DNA of 57,295 nt, counting the filler, from Platydemus manokwari (Eukaryota), in the NCBI GenBank assembly GCA_037951405.1. It is 5 parts of 5 records of this genome, joined end to end, with 100 filler letters (N's around TTAATTAATTAA, not from the genome) between each part and the next. Parts side by side here need not be neighbours in the genome. Positions count along the whole stretch, not along the records: positions 24,445 to 36,473 come from JBBMOY010338892.1; positions 36,574 to 45,954 come from JBBMOY011256652.1; 3 more parts are not named here. The stretch is one strand, 5' to 3'. Position 1 is the stretch's first letter. Each line of letters opens with the position of its first letter. Of this stretch, positions 28,601 to 42,340 are shown piece by piece. The notes under the pieces were generated by a model. That model was not told where the DNA came from, made no database searches, and was given only the letters and a program-made list of their open reading frames with translations. A program made the translations under genes and the position numbers.

Positions 28601-31600
28601 ACTATTGTTGTTCCATTTTATATTGATTTTTAATATTAAATCAAATTATTACTAATAATACTAAAATGATATTAATAAATGAATTTATTGTGTATTAAAA
28701 ATATATTAAATATTACAAAGACATTAAAACAAATATTGGGTTTAATCTCTTTACACATAAAATTCTTTACGATATAAAATTCCATGACCCTTTGCGTAAT
28801 TTCTTAAAGATTGTTTTCTTTCAAATAGAAAAATCCTTAAATATTCGAGTAACCTACTATTTGAGGAGTTTTATGTTTAAATCCGATTTATATTATAAAT
28901 ATATACTGATCCATGTATTGGAAAGTCATTTTCTTTTCTATAATAGATATATACTACGACATATTTGAATTGAATGAAATTAAGGTTCATGATTTGCTGC
29001 GATAATTGCTCAGAGTGGTATCATGGTGATTGTGTTGGAGTGACTCAAGAAGAAGGCTCTCGAATGGAAGAAGATGGTCAAGATTTCATTTGTCCGGTTT
29101 GTGAGACAACATCACTTGTAAAAAAAGGTGCCAAACCAATTGAACCAGTCGTCATTAGTGATGATGATGATGATAATGAATTGTTGAATGGTGACGGTGA
29201 TGATGATTGTCGGATAATAAAAGCTGTTAAACCCATGTCGTACACACCGAATATTTTTCAGATCTTCAAATCGAGTAAATCGGAAAATTCCAATCTTCAA
29301 GGAAGTTCTCATCCACTAACTCTATCAGGTGGATTTTCTTTTTTATAATGATGATGATAATATATCGCTATACTAATAAAACTAGCCAGAACATCGGTGT
29401 GTTTAAATATCGGCTGCAAAACGCTTGTAAACCCTAAAAGATCTTTGTATTGCTCGAGGAAGTGTATCGAAAAATATACCAGAATGGTATGCAAAAATAA
29501 TCAAAAGGAAAAAGTTGCTCAATATGGATTAGTGGTAAGGATTGGGTTTTTTTTCAAGCAACATTAATAAGATGATCAAATCAAATTTTTTACCTTCATT
29601 GCTTGACATTAATCAATTAAGAAAGGAACTAAACTCGCTAAAATGACTCGATTCGTTCTCGCTCAAATTGAAACCGAAAAAATTCAAGACGAATTCGATG
29701 CTCCAACGGAAGAAAATCTGAAAGAATTTCTCATGAAAAATCCAACATACAAAGTGTTTCAAAGCACAAAATCCACCAAAGCCAAACCAGATCCATCGAA
29801 AAAGAAAAAAGTCATCGAATTATTAACACAAGATGCAGCTAAACGAATCAAAGTTGTCAAACATTTTTCATTGATATTCAAGAAAATCGTTTCGAAAAAA
29901 ACCGCCCAAATCGAATTCCGAAGCATTTGGCAACAATGTGTCAATTTGGAGGAAGCCCTGTTCAGCATGTGTGACAAATCGATCAATGAGAAATATATAT
30001 CCAAAGCAAAAGAATTGTCGGAAATTTTCAAACTCAAATCCGAAAGTCGAATGTCGTTGGATTTTATTCAGGAAAAATTATCCATCAGTGATTTGTTGGC
30101 CATGTCGAAAGATGAATTGGATGCCAAATGTCGAACAGTGGACAATTGTTGTACGGATTTGAAAATGAATCATTTGAAAAATGGAAAAAACAATCGGAAA
30201 TCGATAATTACCAGTAAAATGGGAATTTCCACCTTGTTGTCCGACACTACTCATTTGCACAATCAGCATCTCTATGATATCAACTGTAAGATTTGCAATG
30301 GAACATCGAGAACCAATGCCGAAAACAAGAAGGTAATACAAATCATTTCATTCACACCTTTTGTTTTACATTTTTCCTCTTTTTATTAAAATTATTTTAT
30401 TATTTTATCAAAATATTTATCAATTCGAAACATTTTTTAAAAGATTCTGAATGATTCTTAGATACATATATGATATTCATCATCAGAACTCTAAATGGTG
30501 AGATCAATAATTCGAAATTTCCATCAAGATTTCGTTGGTGATATATGGGTTTTCTTCTTTGAGAAATTGCTGTTGATATTATCAAGCTCACTGATGGAAA
30601 CCATTTGTTATCATTTCTGTATTTAGTAGCATTTATTAATGTGTTAACTAAATCGATCGAGCTGAAATCTAGAATATATTTTTATATATTTGCCATCATC
30701 AAACAATTGTGTAATAAAGATAATGATTTATATTTATCCGAATGTGAGAGCGTTAGTTGTAAAATTTAATAGTTTTGCTTTGTGAATAAGACAACGAAAG
30801 AAATCTTTATATGTTAACACTGAAATCTCAAAATAATTTTAACAAAGAAATGGAAAGTTGGAAATCTGAACCATTTTTCTATTAAGAATATTCGGAAATG
30901 TTATGCCATCCATTTGAGGGATTTGATTTGTTAACATTTATGAATGAAATTATTGAAATCTGTCGAATAATTGAAAGGTATCAACAAGTTATGTGGGTAG
31001 ACTAAATATAACAAAATAAAGCTTTAAAACTCGAAATGAATGGCGATAATTAATTGGTTTAATATGCCGATTATCGCTTGTTCATTTTTGGGAAATATCA
31101 AAGAAAACTATCCAAAACAGTAAAAACATCATATTTATACAATTCTCGTAAATTGATGTCCGATATTAATTCTTTCGTAATTAATGAATGAAATATATTT
31201 CATAAATTAATAAAACATTTTAAACATAAAATATAGCAGTCAGTTCTTAATCTAGACATGACATTATCTTCTAACTGACTCCGATACAAAAATAAGTGCT
31301 TTCTCTCATTGAATATATTTATTTATAATACAGGCTTGATTTCTTTATTTATCATATTCCTTCAATAAGTTCGAATAATTATATTGATACTAAATTTATA
31401 ATCGTCATTACCTTAACATTATAGGCTCCATCTTGCAACGGCTTTTATCACTTATAGTTTAAAATGCAGGTTCCTTGTTACTTAAGAAGTCATTCCAGTT
31501 AAACACGGCTTCCTTCAAAATTGCCTTTAACAATTGAGAGAAAAGATATTATATTATAAGTACTTTGGGAAAGAACGGTATTTCGCGATTTATTGCTGTT

Positions 31601-34600
31601 CGTCTTGCTGTACTATTTCTATTATTACAACTATTTATCAACAAATACCCTTTGATTATTGATTATTTTTGTGACAAGTTCTTAAAACAAAATATTAACA
31701 TGAATTTCAAATCATAATAAAAGAATATTTATCTAATATTATAAATTGTTGCATTGTATTTATAGCCTGATTGTGATTTCGTCCCTGACAGGCAAATGAA
31801 CAGACACATTCATTCATTTTTGCTTTGATTTTTTTCGAATGTAATAATTAATTCAAATTATAACTACAATTTTCGTGTTTTTAATTAATTTATTTTAATT
31901 ATTTTATCATTTTTTATATAATTTCATCAAAATATTTTTACTATTTGATCGATATCAACAAAACCATTATCAAATATTTCACTAGTCTTGTATGATTGTA
32001 ACGGAATTGTTATGTGTATGATATGACGGTTTATAAAACAAGTGTAGTGAAATCAAAAGACGAACTTTTATCACTTAGTAATGTTTAATCACATTGAGAA
32101 AATATCAATCTGAAGGGGTTAATACAGAACTGAAATCAAAACAAAATTTTGAATATTTATCGCTTTTTGATCACATTGGAAATACTTTGCATTCGTAATT
32201 GATCGAGATAATGAAACATTAGAGATTTGTTACCAGACCCGATAATGAATAGCGGTTATTGACATTGTATCGCTATTGTAGTTGACGGTGTCAGGTTAAA
32301 GTTGATTTGGTGTGACGAGAATGATAATCATTCATTAATTTTTTAATTTAATTTATTACAAATCTCGTTGGATAAAATCCATACACCATTGAAGCTGTTT
32401 CTCATTTTATGGGTTTTAAAATCATAATGGAGTATGGTATTGTTTGAATTAATCAATAATAATTTAATCTTGGTTTCCAATCTCGATTATATATGTCGTA
32501 TGGATCTGATTCTAATCTATTTCAGTGAAATTTGAATGAAACCAAGGTTTAGTCTAACTCAGATTTAGCTGACTTTATATGGCTGGTACATAACATACAG
32601 GGTTTTCGTTTACCAATGTTTCTTTCTCATTTCGACAACTAACTTGCGTAAAGTATTGTTATGGCGTGTAGTTGGTGTTGAGCTTTCATAAATTATAACA
32701 TTTGAATATGTAAAAATATAAAATAGGAATACGATTATATTAAAATATTTTTATGGTTAAGAATCAAGAAAAGAATCTGGAAAATCAAAAAGAAATAACA
32801 AAATTAAAAGATAAAGAGAAAGAAGTCGAGAAAATCACAATCGATTGCATTGAATTAGATAATATAAAACCTCCAACAGATAGTTGTTCATCGGAAAGTA
32901 TTGTCACGTCGTGGTTTAACAAATCATCAGATCTTGTTAAAGATTTGTCTCCAGCTCATTTAAACAACGATGAATTCAAAGTAACAAGTACAGTTGAAAC
33001 TCCAGATATGGCAATCGATATGGAACTGTGCTCTACTCCATCAGTCGGTGAACCGTTTGAAACGACTGGTAATAGTAATAAAAATGTCGAGATTAATGTG
33101 GATTCTTCATCATCTAAAATGGAAAAACACTTATCCAAACCTATCCATAGTAAACCCATCAGACAAAAATTAACATCTCTCTGGGAAGGGGAAATCATGT
33201 ACAAAGAGGTCGGTTCGATTTTTTGCAAGACATATCTCGTTTCGCGCCATCAGTTGGGAAAATCCAAAGAAGAAGTAGCTAAAGATCCACCAATATTAGC
33301 CAGTGGTGATGAATTACGCGAGGAAATAAATCTTTCTGCAAACTTAAGTAATCAGATCAAAATCAATGGCCGCTTAAATTTGCTGGTGGTCCAAGATTAT
33401 TTGAAGAAACTCCACAAACGCAGCAATAAAGTAAGAAAAATCTGATTGTTTATTAGTTCGATATTTACAAATATTTGATTAATTGCTATGCAAAATTTTC
33501 AATGAATGTTTACGATTTTGTGATTAACTATTCTCGTCCATCGAAATATATTTACTTCATTATTAATTAAATATTTCAAGGAATTCCTTGTCTTCCGTCT
33601 ACATCCAACCAATCTCGAAGAAGGTCGCAATACTTATTTGAAAATGTTTGAGTTTTTCCATGGAAAAGATAGATGTGGAGTTATCGACCAGAAGAGATTT
33701 GGTTTGAAAGATTGCTTTATCTATCCTCTTAATGCTCATGCCAAAATTCCTCAATTTTGCTATCCTTTAAACGGTCCTGGTTTCGAGAAACGTCGACCTC
33801 ATTTACTGTTGATGCTAGTAGTTCGCACTCCATTGGAGTACAACATCTATAAATCATTCTCGTAATTTAATATTGCTCTCCTTCGCCATGGTCCATTTTG
33901 GTTCATTTTCTATTTTAGACCTAAATATGATCAGGATCATGATTTCGTCAAAAATCATGGCATAAATTTAGAGAGGTATTGTCAGCCTACCATCAATCCA
34001 TCAGTTTGTCCGTCTCCTATTTCAGGGGGTTTTGGGCTTGAAGAAAAATCCACAAATTTGGCCTTTGAAGCAGAATCGGAAAACACTTTGGAAGATGAAG
34101 ATAACTGCCTTCTGGTTCCGGAAAAAGGTTTCATTTTTTGATTTGATTTTTAAATGAAATGAAATATTTAATATTTTTGCACTTATAAATCAATAATGTT
34201 GACAATCTTTGTTTATTTTTTATTATATTTAATATATATTATATTTATTATTTATTAAATTATATATTTTTTTATACTTTATTGTTGAATAAAAGTGACT
34301 TGAATGTATTACGTTAAATTGTTATTGATTTTTATATGTAATGTGTCACGAACTCGGTTCTTAATTTTTGACGTGTTCAATTCTTGAGTGAGAAAACTCG
34401 TCAACACACTCGCTCGATGAGCGGTTCTATAATCGTTCTTAATTTTATTGTTTATTGGTTTTACTAATAAAATTTTTACCAATAATGTTTCTTCGATTTA
34501 TCAATTTTTCCGTGTTTTTCGCTTATTAGACCTGATATCACTATTATTATTTTTTGGTAGTTTTTTATATCAGTCACTCTATTCTGAACGTTTATTGGTA

Positions 34601-35469
34601 TTCGAATATAATCTCTATAGGTGATGAATTGGTTTATATATCTGATGAAATATCACCTTATCAATTGATTTAGCATGTAGAGAGTATCATCATCAAATAT
34701 CATTATTATTGTTTTCATCATTTGAATATTTTATAAAATTGTCATGATTATTAAAATGACCGAATTATTCTCTAAAATGAAACATGATTAAAATGGAAAT
34801 CTGTGCATAACGGATCATTGAATGAACATTTGATGAAAGAAATTTTCAGATATGCCTTTAGACGATGACAAATCTATCGACGAAGAGCTTTCCAATAAAA
34901 CAGATATTTTGAAATCTCCATCAAAACCCAGTGATATTTCCATTTCAGCGAACCCGATTCTTGACACTGAAAAACAAGATCCAGCCACATCTCAAACGAT
35001 AGATGTACCCATTGAAAAAGAAATTGAATCGACTACTTGTGCAATAAATTTCGACCAGATATTCAATCCTGCTAAACTTGGTGATAACGTTATTCCATTT
35101 CTTTCATACCCGCCGGAATCGATAAATAATAAAAATTCATCACAGAGAAATAAGGATAAAGACTGCAGTTTTTCCGGTGATTTTGATTTACGTCTGATAT
35201 CCAATGGTAGCTCGTTGTACGATTATAATCATCATCATCACCATTATCAGCCTGTTGAAAACATTTCTTTAACACCATGTATTGATTTCAGTATGTCTTC
35301 TCACAATCAAAAGCGTACCTACACGTTTTATGATGCTTTCATCGATGATCCAGATGTAGAATTGAAACGAGCCAAGTATTTCTTCAATCCCAGATATCCT
35401 AACATCACCAGCAGATCTCACAATAACAATAATAATAATAATAATAATAACACTTATAATGTCAGATGA
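25677..35469 (+). CDS. DIDO1: DIDO1/PHF3-like chromatin/transcription factor (PHD finger, Cys-rich motif, BRK-like, TFIIS central domain, SPOC). Exons ~25677-25692 (tentative), 25860-26022, 28985-29328, 29386-29534, 29622-30332, 32762-33430, 33581-33861, 33919-34127, 34850-35469
   Basis: DPNKLWCICKQPYGFR|FMICCDNCSEWYHGDCVG...FICPVC (PHD); CLNIGC...SLYCSRKCI; APTEENLKEFLMKNPTYKV; LEEALF...KY...LLAMSKDEL (TFIIS-M); DTTHLHNQHLYDINCKICNG; LWEGEI...GRL...GPGFEKRRPHLLL (SPOC). All junctions are GT-AG and phase-compatible. AATAAA at ~35627. Confidence 0.92.
31420..31620 (-). mobile_element. Possible Gypsy-type pol (RNase H) relic in a DIDO1-like intron
   Basis: LLKAILKEAVFNWNDFLSNKEPAF*TISDKKPL resembles the Gypsy RNase H ELLA...W..YL....F.v.TDH.PL motif. 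Confidence 0.35.
34344..34540 (-). mobile_element. Possible short solo LTR
   Basis: On the minus strand it starts TGATATCAGG and ends CGTGACA (TG...CA) with internal AATAAA. It is more GC-rich than the surrounding intron. No matching TSD. Confidence 0.3.
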
Positions 35470-36319
35470 TTATACCCATCTTTGATTATCTCGGTGGAAT
35501 TTTAATTTCTGCACATTTTTTAATGTTGTACATCTATCTCTCTCTATATGTGTGGATGTGTGTGTGCTAGTGTGCATATTTCTGTACAAAATTGATCTTC
35601 ATGACGTCGTTTTAACTTTTTTTGCAAATAAAATTTATTTTCTCGGTTCGAAATGGGACTTAAAATGAATTTTATTGTTTGGAGATTTTTATTGAAAGCT
35701 TATTGTTAATTCAAAAATCGAAACAATCGTTGAAAATATATTTTAAATATTTGGGAACAAATTGGAAATTTGTTGATTTCTTGGGCTTGACCCGTTGTTG
35801 AATGGTTCTTTGTCGGCTTGGTTTTTCTAGATAAACTAATTATCTCTACCCTTGCGGAAGATTCTTGAGATTTCATCCAAAATATATTTTTTTGTATTTT
35901 AATTATTTTTTTCATTTTATAAATCATTACTTGGATATAAAGGTGCAAATTTTGAAGTGTGTGTATGTTGTGTATACTTATAAACAATCTATCCATTATT
36001 ATCTAGGGTGTTTAGCATAACGTTAGAGCATTACAAAATTAATGAAATTTATGGAAAAGGTCAGATAATAATTAAATGTTTGTCGATAATTCCAAAATAT
36101 GGACCTATAATATGAGGTTTAGATATTGATGAAACATTTGTCCACTTAGCCTTATTTTACAGATATTATTGATAAATGTAGTAATGATAATTTCTCAGTG
36201 GTCGAATTCCTGTTATAAATGTAAAAAATATTGAAAATAAAATAAACTGTACATATATAAAGAAAGCCTAACTACATATATAATGTTAGATAATTGATGA
36301 ATAAATTAATGTTTTAGCA

Positions 36320-36473
36320 CAGGGGTCTCCAAACTTTTTCAGCAAAGGGCCAAATTGCTGATTTTTTAAAATTTGGAGGGCCAAAACTATGATAGATTTA
36401 CAAAAAACTCAAATTAGCCAAAATATTTTTTATTAATTATCCTGTTATTTTCAAAAAGTTTTAATATCTTACA
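36320..36473 (+). mobile_element. hAT (Charlie-type) transposon left end, truncated by the gap
   Basis: CAGGGGTCTCCAAACTTTTTC followed by repeated AGGGCCAAA subterminal motifs, preceded by ttttagca (resembles a Charlie target site). Confidence 0.8.
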
Positions 36474-36573
36474 NNNNNNNNNNNNNNNNNNNNNNNNNNN
36501 NNNNNNNNNNNNNNNNNTTAATTAATTAANNNNNNNNNNNNNNNNNNNNNNNNNNNNNNNNNNNNNNNNNNNN
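36474..36573. other. Assembly gap spacer
   Basis: 44N-TTAATTAATTAA-44N. Confidence 0.98.
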
Positions 36574-36762
36574 ATAATCTTTATACAAAATTATTTTTAC
36601 TAATTTTATATATTTTTTAATAAATTGAGAGATTACATTACGTTTTGAGCAAGGCCATTTTATAAATAGAAATATTAAATCTATTTAATATATTAATAAT
36701 AATTTAAAATTATTTTTAATTATTAATCTTAATTTTTTTTGAATTTTAAACCTCACATAGTG
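36574..36762 (+). repeat. Copy 3 (3' part, gap-truncated) of the dispersed repeat; ends CACATAGTG
   Basis: Aligns by eye to ~16950-17140; the terminus reads CACTATG on the reverse strand. Confidence 0.75.
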
Positions 36763-36869
36763 TTTTAAAATGACTCAATTTTTTAAAGATTTGATTAAGA
36801 ATTTATATAAAATAAAATCAATTCATTTTTAATATAATTTTCTTTTCTGACTTTTCATTGCTTTTGTTT

Positions 36870-37961
36870 TTAATTCGTTCTTTGTAAAATAGTAAGGGCT
36901 TGCAATGAGAAACAAATTTCTATGCCATGATTTGTCCAAAAACTGAGCATTTTGTTTATCTTGAAACCCAATGTTTTCATTTTAGTTTCAAGATCTACAC
37001 ACATTTAAATACAATTATAATTATATTATTATTGTTATTGTTATATTATTTAATTGGATTAAATTAGGGCACTCATAAATCAATTTCCAATGAAAACTTA
37101 GCAATTTTAACTGACAATTAATAAATTCGGAATAATTTTTATGTTCTAAATTAGACCTGATTCCATTTTTGGACTACAATTCATTTTCTTTCGAGAATTT
37201 ACCTCAGTCATCTTCATAAGTATTCCTTTTTTCGTTTCTGGTGTGTCTATTTGGAGGAACTTTTTGATGACGGGTTTTTCAACGCGTGGTTCTGTTAGGT
37301 GATGAAAACTCAAATAATCTTGAAAAAAGAAATTACCATTTTTCTTGGAATCAAAAGAAACTTTTTTTATCGATTTCATTGAATCACATTTGCGAGGATC
37401 ATCGATAAACATTTTCATCTGCTTTTCAGAAATTGCTGGTTTAATTTCTGATGAACAATTAGAAATGCTGGAAATGACGTCCTTGTTCGACATTCTGCTG
37501 GGTCTGAAAAGCGATTGGACATCATCTTTATTTGTACTGCATGATAAATTCGCCTCATCTGAAAGTAATCAAAAACGATTTACATAAAAGCGAACGATCT
37601 ACAATTTCAAAAAATGTAGTCAAATTCTTGCACATTAATAAAAAATATACCAATATCGAGTGAAATAATTTAACCTTTAAAATAGAAAAAAAAGTAGAAT
37701 AAATTTCCCATTAAAACATCACAAGAAGAAATAAATTATTCATATTGATGCGAGTTGGTATGATAAAAGCACCGATCTGTCTCCAAGGAAATAACTAACA
37801 GTGACTAACTAGTTAATGAACTAAATTCGATAGAATTCTATCTGAAACGATTTTTACAAATAGTTTATTAACAGGTGAATATTAATGTATATTAAGTCCA
37901 ATCAGTTAAACCTGGAAGAACAAACCATGATTTATAAACGGTTTTTTTGTTGTCTTTTTTC
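36870..37961 (-). CDS. Uncharacterised small spliced gene (exons ~37961-37912 tentative, 37558-37157, ~36994-36870)
   Basis: Open frames joined by phase-compatible GT-AG junctions: ...WFVLP|DEANLS...KKVSFDS...KMES|DLETKMK...QRTN*. No domain recognised. Confidence 0.5.
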
Positions 37962-39449
37962 ATGTTGTCGTCTGATGCCAAATAAAAGTTAAACAAGAAA
38001 TTTAATTAATTTATTAAGTGTGCAATAGCCTAAAGAATTAAAAACAGATGAATTGAACATCTAAGTAAACTTCAGAAATACATTATAAAAACAATACTCA
38101 TTAAAATCGGTATCAAATATTTTCCAGAACAGATCATTTCCACGGAGAGATTATCTCCAGGCCTGATTAAGAATCGAAAATAGTTGAAAATTTTAAAGAA
38201 TCATTTATCTTTTAATTACATGTTTAATTCGACAAGTACTGGTAAATTTAAATATTTATGATTAAAAATGATCAGGTTATAATATTCCTGTAGAATTATT
38301 GATTTTTGAGTTGTTCGATTGTCTATTTTTCATATCGTCTATTGAAAAAGGCTACAGGTGTAATTGAAATAACATCAATTTTTTTTGTTATTTTTATTCC
38401 AAGAAGTCGGAAAATCTCAACCATTCAATTTAGAGTGTCGTAATCCAACAAAAGTGTTTGGAGTATTCGAATAATGAATAGATATTTCTTTAAATTGAAT
38501 AACTTTAAAATTATTGATAATAAACTTACTTAATAAAACTTATTATGAAAAATTGGTAATAAAAGTTGCAGTTGAAAGTTGTAGTTCTTTGTTTTGAAAA
38601 CTGACAAATCTATACGTATAAAGTTGCGCTTATGTTGGGTTTTGAGGCTTATGAATGTCACCCAACAAATGAGTTCGATTAAGACTAATCTGATGTAAAA
38701 TCAAATTAACCCTCTCGATAATCATTATTAAGTCTAATAAGTCTATTTAACAAATTACTAATTTATTCTATTTGATAAATAACTATTCAATAAATCAGAA
38801 AACAAAGACTTTTTATATAGAAATTCAGCAATTGAAGCTAAAAACAAATGTGCAAATATTTAAATGTTTTTACAATTTGAAAGTGACAAATAAATTTAAT
38901 TTTTTTTATCGGACCAACACAATTTTAATAATCTCAACAAAAGATTTTAAGGTATGGATTGGCGAATTCAAATTTGACGAATCTACCAGTATAATATGTT
39001 AAAATATTGATTTTAAAATATACAATCACATAATTTTTTTATACTTCCGCACCCTCGAGTTAATCAGGTTGGCGTATAATATCCAACATTGCCACAGTTT
39101 TACCAACTTGTTTCCGTGGATTCGTTTGAGTTTATTGCTTCTTTTCTAGAGAGTCCACGGTTCTGTTTTTATTTGCTCGGCCTTTGACATACAGGAATAA
39201 CACTTCGGTCGAGAACTCGTTCAGTAATTTTTAGTTTATCGAAAATTTCAGATAAATAATAAGAAATGAATTTAGTTGTTGAGTTGAGGAAGTTTTACTG
39301 AGTCTTCAGTGATATTTCTAATATATGTGACATATACCGATATTGATCACGAACACAAAGGAATATAGATAAGTTATAACAACAGAATAGACAATTCGTT
39401 CTGTATTCTCCAACAGATATGTATACTTGTTTATTAATTTCAAATGTTA

Positions 39450-41280
39450 ACGATAGCTTATCGGGAAATATCGGGAGAGAAAATAACCATTTAATGTTTA
39501 ACTCATGGATTAGTTCTCATAAGATTAATATGATTTTGTTTCTAACTAATTCCTTAACATATTTTTTAACAATTCATAGATGATATTGGTCATCTATGAA
39601 CACCGGCTATTTGAAGAGGAATTTCAATAATTGGTATTAGAATAAGCACCACGGGGATAATTCATTCCGGGAATGCATTTTGAGCTACTTAATGATAGTT
39701 GGCATTCAAATTTATCCCAACATCTCTGTAAGAATTAATTTACCATGTGATAACACAAATTCGAATACGCATTATTTTTTACTCTCTAGAGTAATAGACG
39801 CCGCATTTTTGTGATCGATAGCCATGATTCTGATTTTATAGCTACTCATAAGATAATTACTTTTTAAATAATTTGTTTTTGAATCAAGGGAAAATAACAG
39901 AAAATTACCTAATTTTGAAATGCTTCCATTTTTTATATCTGAAGTGGAAGATATAGAACGTCCCCAATGGCCATTGCGATCATACACTGATGTGAGAACT
40001 GAAATAATAATAATAACTAAATAATATGAATACTGACACAATGAAAAGATCACGGAAATATTGATCGAACGATTTTGTATTGTAATGCAATTTTTCATTA
40101 AAATAATTTGTTTTAATATTATCAATATTTGTTTTATTTCAAACGATATAAAATTAAACTATGATAAAAGCACATCTAAAGATGTAAAAATATTGAAACA
40201 GACGAATTTATTAAATTTTATTTATTATTTTAACGAAATGAATGTTGAAGGGATTAATTTCGAATTCCTAGAATTTTATTAATTAAATTTTCTGTGATTG
40301 CTATAAAAATCTCAGGAAAACGTGCAGATTTATATTTAGGAAAATGAATTTTCAAAGCATTTTTCGAACTCTATATCTCGTAGAAAAATTTAGGCTCAGT
40401 TAATAATAAATACAGAAGCCATATCAATCAAGATTGTTTCTGCAATTAAAATCTTGAGTCCTTATAACGAACTAATGATAAGATTCTTAAAATTACTCAA
40501 ACAATTAACAAATAACCGATGAATACACAACACAACCCAGCAATTTCCTTTTATCAGTTTTCATGAAATATCCGATAAATTTGCTAATGACTTAAGAGAA
40601 TAATTAAAGTTATCTTCCGCTTGAAATTATTGACCTGTGATTCGGTGAATTCGAATTACTTTTGATATTGTATCAAAATAATGAAATAAAGAACCGTTCA
40701 TCGATTTACAGCAATACACATTTTAAAATAATATCGTATTAAGAATTTCTGACTTATTTTTCAAAATATATTAATGTCACGAAGAATTGTAAGTAGTATA
40801 ACACAAAACAAACGAATCATATCGAAACTTAGAAAATTAAGCGGTTTGTAAATATTCAATTCTTTGTATTGTGAAATATTTTCTTCCAAGAATTTAATAG
40901 TTTTATTTATATTTATTAATTTTGAGCTTAAATATAAAGTTTCTTTCAATATGGTAATTAACTGGATATATAAAACAACGCTGCAGGCTCGGTAGGATTA
41001 GACTGCAGTCTATAGCCCATATAATTTTAATAAATCAATTCAAATTCTTTTGACATAAAATTCGTACCATCTTCAAAGGTATATTGTCAAGCTCATTATC
41101 GAAGCTGATACGAAACTGATCTGTTTCGCATTCATTTAGTATGACAAAAATTTAAAGTTTTTCTATTTTTGAATCCAAATTTGTTTCGAAATCCTCTGAT
41201 CTATTAATATTGTTAATTTGCTGATACATTTCTGAAATCTATGAATTCGATAATCCAGGAATTATCATCACGTGCGAAAA
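39450..41280 (-). pseudogene. Decayed cadherin/protocadherin-like sequence
   Basis: Fragments DQFRISFDN...IWAIDCS, FLEENIS, VYDRNGH, FSLDSKTN...YKIRIMAIDH and PVFIDDQY resemble successive cadherin repeats. Many stops. Confidence 0.35.
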
Positions 41281-41829
41281 TGAAAAAACAGTCTGAGCAA
41301 TTTAATAAAGTTAAAATAATAAATCAAAATTTTAAGCGAATTTGGCTGAAAAATGAAATTTAGATTCAAAGTCTGTCAGAATATAAGTTTGTAAAATCAA
41401 GGTTTAAGGACCATGAAGAATATTTTACTTAGTTTATAATTTTATAAAACACAAAAATAATATTTATGAACAAATTGTTATGGATAAAATGGCAAAATAT
41501 TTCTACAAAAATATTAGAGATAAATGCAATAAATTGGTATATAATTCAATTCTTGATATATTAGCTTCCGGATTACATTTGATTCGTGTCTTGTCATAAT
41601 TTCCAAAGTTTTTTACGAGTTAACAGTTTGGTTTAACTATTATTTTTAAATGACTATTTTGATATGGAAATTTTATCATTTATATACAAGAATTATTCTG
41701 TGATTATAGGTTTAATAAGTTATAATGAATTACAAAGTAAATAATAAATCGAAATCATAATTTGAGTGGTGATTCAGAATTATAATATAATTACAGTTTA
41801 TCCAAAAAATGTAAGGTTTTCGATAATGA

Positions 41830-42340
41830 AATTGAACTAGTGGGTTCCAATATACAAATCTCACAAATTATTAAAATGTACATTTGAGATCCAATTCAAT
41901 TGGCCGGTAGACTACCTGTTCGATTTGTCAATGATTCCACATGTGTTATACTCACAAATAAAATAATAATAACAATGATTTAATAATAATACATTAACAA
42001 TTATATAAATAATCTCCGAATTTAGCAAATCATCAATTTAAAAAATAAAAAATTAGAAGCAATATTTTGCTAACAAAAAGTTCTAGAAATTCTGTGAGGA
42101 ATAAAAATTATCTATAACTCTCAGCGTCTCGTAGAAATTGATATCCATATAAATTTGATAGAAAGTTGTGATGATGACGAATTAGAGTTTCAGATGTCAT
42201 TATCTTTCGTCCCATCAATTATAAATGATCAAACGAATCGTGATACGGCCGTGGGAAATCAATTTAGACAATTAAAGGATACTACAAATACTCTTAAAAG
42301 CAATCGACGTTTTTTTTTATTTATTAAAATAAATTGTTAG
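41830..42340 (+). pseudogene. Possible second protocadherin-like relic (EC1-EC2 boundary)
   Basis: LSITLSV/QRLVEIDIHINLIESCDDDELEFQ...INDQTNRDTAVG resembles the end of EC1 and start of EC2. Confidence 0.2.

Noticed and set aside
39050-39230. Gag zinc-knuckle-like W*NCGNVGLYA on the minus strand
   Set aside because: Incomplete CCHC with no adjacent pol or LTR; too weak to call.
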